From Piedraia hortae CBS 480.64 (lineage: Eukaryota): a DNA stretch of 20,000 bases. Below the pieces are notes generated by a model that saw nothing but the letters and a program-made list of their open reading frames with translations, was not told the DNA's origin and ran no database searches. The stretch spans positions 51,462 through 71,461 of the forward strand of contig MU006024.1 of assembly GCA_010093745.1 (NCBI GenBank), given 5' to 3'. The position numbers were made by a program, and so were the translations under genes. Shown piece by piece: positions 9,980 to 18,112 of the stretch. Each line of letters begins with the position of its first letter. Positions within the stretch are counted from its first letter, which is position 1.

Positions 9980-10648
9980 CCAGGCTCCCAGGATAAACAA
10001 CACCGGGCGGAACTAACCGCACCCAACTGTCCTGATTGGGTAGATCCATAATCGCCCTGCAACAATCATTTGCACAATCAATCTTGGCAAGCGTGGACAA
10101 TGCGCATTGCTACGGCGCAAGTGCTGTCGCGGCTTTTACACCAATTCCTACTTCTCGAGAAGCAATTCACCCTCCCTGCGGATTTTTCGATCGCGATTTA
10201 CCGACACCTCTCGCACTCTTCAGTTGAGCAAGATACTTACCATCCAGGTCAGTAATCTATTGGATAACTGAGGCATTGGCTGTGTGAGTCGGGGAAGTAA
10301 ATTCCATAAGGAATAAAGATGCCACTGAATTTTGAACACAGCATGTCGGGTAGCTCGTCATGTCCATCAAGTTTTCGAAGAGCTTACCATGTTCCTTTGT
10401 TGGTAACAGCTGGATCCTTCTGGGCAGTGGACTCTGATGAATATGACAGCATGGTCAACTTGCGAAGCAATCTTAGACTGAAGAGTCAATGGAACTGCGC
10501 TTTGTACAACCACCCATACAATACTATAGATCTCTTCCATCATACAGTGGACGTAACCAAAGCATCTCATCACTCTTGGATGCGTCACCCAATTAGGAAA
10601 GGTGGTTGCGGGTAGTTCCGCCCTGTGTTGTTTATCCTGGGAGCCTGG
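9980..10648. mobile_element. MITE-like non-autonomous element with 62-bp terminal inverted repeats
   Basis: 9980-10041 (CCAGGCTCCCAGGATAAACAACACCGGGCGGAACTAACCGCACCCAACTGTCCTGATTGGGT) matches the reverse complement of 10587-10648 at 56/62 positions without gaps. The interior has no recognisable transposase. A looser match may extend the ends to 9974/10655, flanked by TA (9972-9973, 10656-10657). Confidence 0.8.
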
Positions 10649-10661
10649 GGATGTTTACGAA

Positions 10662-11119
10662 GAAGGCGCAGATTTGCACGTCAACTAGCGTCCGTAGGTA
10701 GCGGACCAATCAGCTAGCGCAGTGCTCTTCTCTGATTGATCAGAAAAATCCACTGTGCAATCCTAAACAGATGCGACAGGAGCAGATTCACACATCCACT
10801 GGCGTTCGTGGCTGGCCGGTTTGATCAAGTGAGGCTTGTTTCGAAAGAGGACAGAGGCTTGCTTGGTTGGTTGGTCGGAAAATCTTACAGCGCATTGGAA
10901 CAGATGTGGAAGGAGCGAATTTACACGTCCACTGGCGTCCGTCAGAATTCGGCCAACTGTGAGGTATTCAGAGCGGGGGGGGGGAGGGTGTAAACGAAAA
11001 CCCTCAATCAGGAAGGAGCGAATTTGCACATCCAGTAGCGTCCGTCAGTGGCCGGTCAAGCAGCTCGGGTGAGACTCCTTTCCGGCTGGTTGAAAGGGAT
11101 CGGACGCTAGGGGATGTGC
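10662..11119. repeat. Array of four 34-bp conserved cores in ~103-133 bp degenerate units, plus a terminal inverted partial core
   Basis: Cores start at 10662, 10776, 10909 and 11012, consensus GAAGGAGC(AG/GA)ATTT(G/A)CAC(A/G)TCCACT(A/G)GCGTCCGT. 11101-11119 is the reverse complement of core positions 15-33 (17/19 vs copy 4). Confidence 0.85.
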
Positions 11120-11669
11120 TTTTGTAGGTGGAGTTCTCATTGCCACGTCATGCGCGCGCGTGGATTTTTTTAAGGGTGCATACAGGCGCTGACCTGCTGG
11201 TGTGAATTCATGCGAATCGAAAGATTTTGTTAACTAATTGATGCATCAGTACATGCTTCTTTGTCTACTGAGTATCAGGCGAGTGAGGCAGGGAACTAAT
11301 GCATGCTTCTATCGCTTTCGCTTTGGCTTCATTCAGCTACGTTGATTGGGTTGCAGGGGTTCATAGTTCTATGTGGGAGCTTTGGATATGCGGTTCACTC
11401 TAGTGAGAGTATTTAGCTGATTCAAATGATCGTATGATACCCTGGAGAAGGCCAGTGATTACCTGCGCGATCGGAATGTGCCTAGTCTTTGTCCCAGAGT
11501 ATTGTATACATCGCAAAAGTGCAAGGCTTAGGAGCCTTGTAGTCACTGACTTTCAATAGCTCTCCAAAGCTGAAAAGTGACTCTTGACCCCTGGGGCCAA
11601 AACCTGTCTCACCATCATGACGACGTCGCTGTTGGTTTACCAAGACAATGACCAAGACAGCGACTGCCA

Positions 11670-11930
11670 ATGACAGCCTCGATCAAGGGCAAAAGTTTGA
11701 TGTTCCCTTCCCCGCGCGTTCTGGATAGGTTGGTGGATAGGGCAGACATGATCTTCATGTGCGATATACCTCTGACTGACAACGTCTCAGGCATCAACTT
11801 CACCTCTAAAGACCTCAAGGAGCACCTCTTGAAGACTCACGAGTTCACCTGTCCGAACACGTCACGGTTGCATTGTCATCACAGCCATGCAGCTGCACGT
11901 GAAGCGATGGTGTGTCATCCACCCCTTGAA
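11670..11930 (+). pseudogene. Possible degenerate C2H2 zinc-finger relic
   Basis: FMCDIPLTDNVSGINFTSKDLKEHLLKTH-EFTCPN fits F-x-C...(C>S)-x3-F...L-x2-H-x4-H followed by the start of a second finger. The second Cys is missing and the flanks are unrecognisable. Confidence 0.3.
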
Positions 11931-12438
11931 GGGCAGTGGGTGGCCACAGCGGTTCGGAAAAGGATACACAGAAATACCGCAGTAGGAGCCAATTGTCGTG
12001 CGGTCAACGTCTACGGGCTCCCCGCAGCGCGTGGGCGTCTGCGGCTAAATTTGCAAGCGCCGACCAATCAGCTTGGCGACTGCCAAGTTATTGAGAGCGC
12101 TTCACATGAGCGCTTATTCCCTCTACGATAAAGGGTAAGGTACACGTCCAACGTGTCAAGGGACGTTACGAGCGTCCACGGTGACGCAGATTTTCTTTGT
12201 GTTCCCCCTGTCTTTGTGTCACAAAGGACTGTTCTCTCCTTTTTTTTTTTCATTCTCTTTTGTTAAAGACAGCCAAGGGCCTCACTTTCATTTACTGGAT
12301 TTTCTTGCTGGCAAGATCTTGACAACTCATCTCAGGTTGGACTACTTGGACTTTAATTTATTCCGGAAAAACCAACCGCAAGAGCCGCAGGTACGGGAAG
12401 CCAAGGGACGCCAACCAACGCTCGGACGAATCTCCCTT

Positions 12439-14388
12439 ATGCACGGGCCCGCAATGCCGCCGTATTCCATCTACAACAACCACGACAAAAGCCGGACGGC
12501 AACGACATTCGTTAATGGCAGTTTAGGGCGCGTAGCCGCTCGCGCTGCGCAACCGATTCCTAGTCCTTATAATCCACACGCACCGCCCACCGACTTTGGC
12601 GACATGAACCGGGTCAATTCGTCGTCGGCCGCGCTGGTCTACAGTTTTGGCCTGGCCGGCGTCGATCAGTCGATGAACTTCCTCTTTGCGGATGCCATTA
12701 TCATTTCATTTTGCGCCGTCCTGGGCATCACAATCATTTACCGTTTAACGACCCGAATAAACTCATATTTGCGACTGCTCTTCACCATGAGCGGTACCAC
12801 CGACCAGCGGTATTGGTCGCACAACCACGGCAACCTTTGGCCAAAAGTCAAGAAGCATCTGCTGTATGCGCCGCTGGGCAGACAGCAACACAACCGCGAG
12901 ATCATGCTCAGCCGGACACATCACATCGACATGGGCACGCTGCCGGGGCGATACATGTCGATATTAATATCAATGTACGTCTTGTCGAATCTGGCATATT
13001 GTCTCGCGCTGAGCTGGCATCGGAAAGAAAGCTCCAGCGTGATTGCCGAACTGCGCGGGCGGACGGGCGTCCTGGCGATTGTGAATCTCATCCCGACGGT
13101 CCTGTTCGCGCTGAGGAATAATCCACTCATCCCGCTGTTGGGCGTCAGCTACGACACTTTTAATCTGATGCATCGATGGTGCGCGCGGCTGGTGATTATC
13201 CAGTCGGTGCTGCATACCATATGTTGGGCAGTTAATGCGATTCGGGCGGGCGGGATGGAGCATGTGCGGGTTGAACTGGCGACGTCTTCGTCGTATGCCG
13301 GCGGTATGGTGGGAACAGTGTTGTTTGGGACCATATTGATCGCCGCCTGGAGTCCTGTTCGTCACGCCTTTTACGAAACCTTTATCAATGGTCATCGCAT
13401 CATGGTAGCCATTGGTCTGGCTGGCATCTGGGTGCATTTGGATCACGCAAACCTCCCGCAGTTTCCTTATGTCGCGTTTTGTGTTGGCATCTGGGCCTTG
13501 GAGCTCGTTTGGAGAACCGGCCGCATTGTCGCATACAACTACAGCCGAAGACGCGGCGTCACAAAGGTCACTGTTGAGGCACTCTCTGCGGAGGCATGTC
13601 GGGTGACGTTCAACCTGCGACGACCGTGGCGGTATCAGCCCGGCTGCCACGTGCACGCCTATCTACCGACCTACGCCCTGTGGAGCAGTCATCCGTTTTC
13701 GATTGCGTGGGCAGAGAATGCCAACACGGCCATCATGACCGATACCGAGATGGAGAAACACACTGACGTCGACGTGGTGCAGCCAGCAGTAACGTCCATC
13801 AGCCTCATCATTCGTGCGCGAGACGGCATGACAAGAAAGCTATACGACAAGGCGTCAGCCCGGCCCAACGGCAGACTAACAACATGGGGCGCCATTGAGG
13901 GTCCATATGGCGGCCACTCGCCCATGACCAGCTACGGCACAGCCATCCTCTTCGCCGGCGGCGTCGGCATCACACACTGCATGGGCTACGTGCACCATCT
14001 CGTGCGACAATACCAACTAGGCACATCCTCCACCCAAAAAGTGCTATTAGTCTGGTCAGTCCCAAACACAGAGGCGTTAGAATGGGTCCGACCGTGGATG
14101 GACACCATTCTGCGCATGGAAGGTCGAAGAGACGTGCTGCGAATCCAGCTCTTTGTCACCAAACCGCGCCACCGCGGCGAGGTCATCAGCAGTACGGGCT
14201 CCGTACAGCTGCATCCAGGTCGGTGTAATCCGACTACGATTTTGGAAAAGGAAATGAGAGAGCGCATTGGGGCTGTGGGCGTTACCGTCTGTGGGCCTGG
14301 TGCCTTTGCTGATAGCGTCCGCGCCGCTGTGCGGGATGTTGTCACTGATGGATTCATTGATTTCATGGAAGAGGCTTTTACTTATTAA
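12439..14388 (+). CDS. Ferric/cupric-chelate reductase (FRE/NOX flavocytochrome b family), ~649 aa
   Basis: Heme-ligating His pairs FNLMHRW..SVLH and INGHRI..IWVH, FAD motif HPFS, IEGPYG, NADPH motif LFAGGVGIT, VCGP, and C-terminal EEAFTY. First in-frame ATG is 12439 (12454 is an alternative); the ORF-track start at 12181 is GTG followed by T-rich UTR-like sequence. Confidence 0.93.
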   Translation: MHGPAMPPYSIYNNHDKSRTATTFVNGSLGRVAARAAQPIPSPYNPHAPPTDFGDMNRVNSSSAALVYSFGLAGVDQSMNFLFADAIIISFCAVLGITIIYRLTTRINSYLRLLFTMSGTTDQRYWSHNHGNLWPKVKKHLLYAPLGRQQHNREIMLSRTHHIDMGTLPGRYMSILISMYVLSNLAYCLALSWHRKESSSVIAELRGRTGVLAIVNLIPTVLFALRNNPLIPLLGVSYDTFNLMHRWCARLVIIQSVLHTICWAVNAIRAGGMEHVRVELATSSSYAGGMVGTVLFGTILIAAWSPVRHAFYETFINGHRIMVAIGLAGIWVHLDHANLPQFPYVAFCVGIWALELVWRTGRIVAYNYSRRRGVTKVTVEALSAEACRVTFNLRRPWRYQPGCHVHAYLPTYALWSSHPFSIAWAENANTAIMTDTEMEKHTDVDVVQPAVTSISLIIRARDGMTRKLYDKASARPNGRLTTWGAIEGPYGGHSPMTSYGTAILFAGGVGITHCMGYVHHLVRQYQLGTSSTQKVLLVWSVPNTEALEWVRPWMDTILRMEGRRDVLRIQLFVTKPRHRGEVISSTGSVQLHPGRCNPTTILEKEMRERIGAVGVTVCGPGAFADSVRAAVRDVVTDGFIDFMEEAFTY

Positions 14389-14402
14389 TGACTAGAATAA
14401 AT

Positions 14403-15062
14403 TCAGCGTTTGGCTAGGCCGGCGGTGGCTTTGCGTCCGAATGTTATGCTTCGGGGGAGCATTCGCAATGAAGAGAGGGAGGTTGTTATCTCCGTTAAGT
14501 CGTCTACGGCGTCTGTTTTATCGTCGTTTTTGACGTCGTTCTCGACACCTTCGTCCTTAGCATTCATTTTCTCTGCAGACTTCTCCTCCGTCGTAGTCGT
14601 AGGCGTCTTCCCATTCTCCTTCTCCGTGCTCGTCATCGTCGTAGTCTTAGACATGTTCCCCTTCCCCCCGAGTCCCTCTAGTGGTCTTCCCCCAAATCGT
14701 CCTGGGAGTCTCGCCCCCTCAAGGCCACGGTCAACAACCCCCCACCCCCAACCCCACGGATACCCATGCTTATCAATACAATGCAACCTCCTCCTTCTCC
14801 CATCTCGACAAACCTTCTCACACCCCTCGACGAAACACCTATAAACTTTCTCTCCCCTCGCCCGCTGCAAGGAAACAAAAGGATCGTGATGCTCGCGGAT
14901 GTGGAGGTCCAGGATATGGGTGGCAGGGAAGATTCTTCCGCACGCGAGGCAGGAGGGGGAAGGATGCTCCGCAGGCACGGGGACGGAGGAAGGGGAGAGG
15001 GAAGTGTATTTATGCGGAGGGGGGGAGGAGGGATGGGAGGGGGAGGGAGCTCGTTTTGGCAT
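14403..15062 (-). CDS. ZNF511-like C2H2 zinc-finger protein (219 aa)
   Basis: CLACGRIFPATHILDLHIREHHDPF...RARGEKVYRCFVEGCEKVC...RRRLHCIDKHGYP is the characteristic ZNF511-family finger pair. The C-terminus LSSLRMLPRSITFGR is also family-like. ATG at 15062. Confidence 0.85.
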   Translation of the reverse strand: MPKRAPSPSHPSSPPPHKYTSLSPSSVPVPAEHPSPSCLACGRIFPATHILDLHIREHHDPFVSLQRARGEKVYRCFVEGCEKVCRDGRRRRLHCIDKHGYPWGWGWGVVDRGLEGARLPGRFGGRPLEGLGGKGNMSKTTTMTSTEKENGKTPTTTTEEKSAEKMNAKDEGVENDVKNDDKTDAVDDLTEITTSLSSLRMLPRSITFGRKATAGLAKR

Positions 15063-15599
15063 ATGATTCCCTGGTTTTGTTTGGGGGATCGGATATAATG
15101 CGCTAGAGTCCGGGTTGGAAGCTATTTGGTTGTTGTTTTGCGGGGAGGTATATTGTTCGAGCTGATGGAAGTGTTTGTGCGTACGCGAGGTAGTTTGGAA
15201 CGGGGAATAGGGTTGCCAAGGGCACGTGAGGAGTCGAGATGTTTTCGGGTATCAACTGTGAAGTTTCTTTACGGATTGGTCGGCCTGGGTCCTATCTGGT
15301 GCAATGATTGCGATCCGCTAAGGGGTGAGAGCTAATGCTGCGTTCGGGACGATTCTTGTCTAAGACATTTAATAGTCTATATAAAAGTGTCTGGATCATC
15401 GTTACGTTCGCAGATTGGGTGCACTTTGGCTGATGACTTTGGACAGCAGACAGATCTTAGTCGATATAAGAAGTCGCAACGTATTCCCCATGCTCTAAAC
15501 TCTCCTCAACACGGACTACAGCACGTTTCTCTCAGGAAATTATGTGGGTGAAGGCAGGCTGCTCACTGCGCTTCTACCATGGATAGTGCCTGGGCCTCA

Positions 15600-15900
15600 C
15601 CAGTCCCGACTCCCGATGCCCTCCATGAGTTTGTGCACATTAGTGCTGCCTTGGGACTGGTGATGCCAAAAGCCTTCAACGGAAAAGTTACACCTCATCA
15701 TGAGGCGCATGAGACTGTACCATTGTATGTTCGCCGCTGAGAAGGTGAAAAACAGAGGCGGTATGCGGACACAACTCTCCAGCTCATGGCGTTTACGGTT
15801 CCAGAAAGGGCATGTGAAATATCTGCAGACTGTGAAGCCGTCTTCTTCAGTCCTGCCAAACTTCTTCATGATATGGGTGTACCCTCAAGCAAATATCGTC
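15600..15900 (-). mobile_element. Helitron Rep (Helitron_like_N, Helitron2/Helentron-type) relic with internal deletions
   Basis: Minus frame TCPFWNRKRHELESCVRIPPLFFTFSAANIQWYSLMRLM matches the Rep motif-1 region (GT.P.W...R.EL....P.LF.TFSAAD.QW..L). GFWHHQSQGSTNVH is a decayed HUH motif 2 (W.R.EWQ.RGS.H.H). Confidence 0.75.
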
Positions 15901-15949
15901 TACGTGCCAAAACACGGACAGAAGCCGATCGTAGCCCCGGGGCCCGGTT

Positions 15950-16175
15950 GAGGGTGGCAGACTTGTAAATGTGTTGTGCTGGGATCTCTGCCAGCGAGGG
16001 GATGTTCTGCAGAGCATCTCGATATGTGGCCTATGCGATGGTCATGTATGCTTCGTCAACGACAGTTCGCGCCAGTCTGCTCTCAGCGACCAGACGCAGG
16101 ACATATCTTCGAGAGAAGGGTGTGCCGGCGTGTTCGGCGCCGACCAAGACAACCGCAGCATCCTCACCCGGGCTG
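15950..16175 (-). pseudogene. RecQ-type SF2 helicase fragment (motifs Ib-II-III) of a TLH-like gene
   Basis: AAVVLVGAEHA...RLARTVVDEAYMTIA*ATYRDAL...QHIYKSATL. The DEAH box is decayed to DEAY (16046-16063), there is a stop at 16031-16033, and SAT lies at 15953-15961. Confidence 0.85.
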
Positions 16176-17211
16176 CGTCGATGAGATCGAGGTGTTGTTG
16201 TGTTGTCGAAGGGAACTTCACCTTGACGATGGCCACCGAGATCTGTCTCCAGGTTTTCACCGTCAAAGGCGCGACGCCGGCAGTAACACTCTCCACCTTC
16301 AGGCAGTCTTTCAGGGAGCCGTCCGCCCAAACAGCATAGTGTCGCTGCCAAAAGAAGGGCATGGACTGCGTCTGTGGGTCGGGAACGCGGAGGCTGGCGT
16401 TTCGCCATGGTAGGACGTAGATAATGTACTTGAGGAGAAGAGCGCCGTCAGACTCTGTGAGGAAGTGGACGCTCATTCGCGCCCGCCTCGTTGTCGACTG
16501 CCTTTTATGGTACCTCGCGAGCACCAAGACGCTGCTATCATGGAGCAGGACGCTGCGGAGACCATCCGTCGTGTTGTGGACGGTCATTGTGAGGAACTCT
16601 GCCCCACGCAAGGGCTGCCCTGAGGAGAGGCGAATCAGGGGGGGGGAGTGTGCGGAGGAAGTCTTAGCAATTGGCCTCGTAGTTCGTGGCTATGGTGGAT
16701 CTGATCGCTATGCGGCCGCCCGCCCGGCCGGGACAGCCACTCCTACCTGAGGTCGTCCGTGGTGACGATACACTTCGTGACGGCCTGATTAGCGGTGTCG
16801 AGCACCGGCCCATTGGCCGGCTTATCGACGAAGGAGTGGTTCATGGCGGTCATTGAAATGTTGTCGACAATATCGGTGGCACCAATCGTCGGAAAACGCT
16901 GTCCGAACATGATTTTTTTTTTTTCGGGAGAGCAGTCTGTCGGCCTCGTACTACATTTCCCTGATGAGCTGGCGGACCACGTCCATGGAGGCTCGGGTTG
17001 CCTTATACATGACCGTGGTCTGGCCAACGTACCAGATGGCCTCATTTGTGCTGATGTCCGGGCGGGTAGCCGCCCGGATGTAAGATCGCCAGCGCAGAAG
17101 CGACGACATTGGCGTTGCCGGTCCCTGTGACAGGTATCGGTGGCACACCTCCATGAAAATCCCCTGTCGATCTGCCTGGTCTGTCTCCTCCACGAAGACC
17201 TTTGCTACCGT
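16176..17211 (-). pseudogene. N-terminal/central region of a telomere-linked-helicase-like gene (fragment B), with tyrosine-recombinase-like motifs
   Basis: TPMSSLLRWRSY...W...MY....SMDVVRQ; IMFG..P.I....VDNIS...HSFVDKPAN; YEANC*DFLRTL / LIRLSSGQPLRGAEFL...HN....RSVLLHD..V....YHK...HFL.....LL.YIIYVLPW...FFW...W....L...L......LTVKTWRQISVAI. Stops at 16664-6, 16743-5, 16951-3; frameshifts at G9 (16638-46) and T12 (16913-24). Confidence 0.8.
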
Positions 17212-17700
17212 TATCGCTTGGACGTCCCAGATCAGTCCGGACGGCGAACTGGTGAAATTACGTCCCTCCATCCACGCCACAAGCCTATCCACATGCCATA
17301 GCCCGTTGCTAGGCTCCTTGACAAAGCTGTACCATTCGACGTGTTTCGAGATGTTATCAGTTAGCTGCCTAATGTTGATGTGGCACTCAAAGCCATACAA
17401 AAGTTTCTCAGTTGAACTTTTGCTTTTGCTGTAGCAACATGGCCAGTTGCTCGAATTGATCCATGGTCATAGACTCGTTGCTCTAGGCTAGGTTGATGCC
17501 ATCATCGGACCAGGCAGTACGGAAAGTTGAGCCTTCAAAATTCCTTGCTTGTATTTGTGTATGCAATGCATGTAATATTGTTGTCAATATGCGAGGGTAA
17601 GGGTGCGAAACGGGGTTAGTTCCACGTCCGCATGATTTTTTAGGAAAATCGCGACTCATCGTCCAAAATGTCGTGTCACCGGTGAGGATCTGCATATTCG
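17212..17700 (-). pseudogene. Second, divergent TLH-like fragment (fragment A)
   Basis: TAWSDDGINLA*SNESMTMDQFEQLA / EKLLYGFECHINIRQLTDNISKHVEWYSFVKEPSNGL...IWDVQAI repeats, at protein level only, the W..MY..SMD / IMFG..VDNIS..SFVDKPANG segment of fragment B. Confidence 0.7.
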
Positions 17701-18112
17701 TGGTTCCGCCTTCACCTTCTCCACCCTCGTAGATTATTGAGAATTTTTGTTATTCATGGTGGATATGAAGTCATGCCAAGGTTTGAGAAAGAATTTAGTC
17801 GAACAACAAGATTTATCGTGAGGGCTTCTGGAATCATTCTGCCAAGTGACAGAAGTGCATTACTGCAGTTCATTCCATCTGCTAAATTTCATCACAGTGC
17901 GCCAACTAGGGTTAGGTTTAGCTCAACGTCTCGTGACCTGGTGCGTCGTCCAGCCAAATTCTTTCAGAGGGCGGCAGAGGGTGAGTGTTTTTTGCTTGGA
18001 CGGAAAGAGACTGACGAGACAAAGGCCCTTGCGGCTCGACAAAGACTGGGGCGGAGAAGGAAACACGCATGTCGGCGCCGGGCGCAAGCATCCGAAACAA
18101 TTGGGCCAATCG

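Noticed and set aside
10431..10486. C/D-box snoRNA-like pattern (TGATGA...CTGA with ACTC/GAGT stem)
   Set aside because: Only ~56 nt, the C box lacks the leading purine, no C'/D' boxes or evident rRNA guide, and it lies inside the MITE-like element.
10662..11045. CRISPR array interpretation of the 34-bp cores
   Set aside because: Fungal context, no cas genes, cores are degenerate, and spacers are long, unequal (69-99 bp) and partly homologous to one another.
12181..12438. N-terminal extension of the ferric reductase from GTG 12181
   Set aside because: Non-ATG start and a T13 tract typical of promoter/5' UTR sequence; no family similarity.
17906..17920. Telomere-like CTAGGGTTAGGTTTAG next to the TLH relic
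   Set aside because: About two imperfect units only; too short to distinguish from chance.
17846..18112. N-terminal extension of PDE1 from GTG 17846
   Set aside because: Non-ATG start; family similarity begins only near PALQVICLG.
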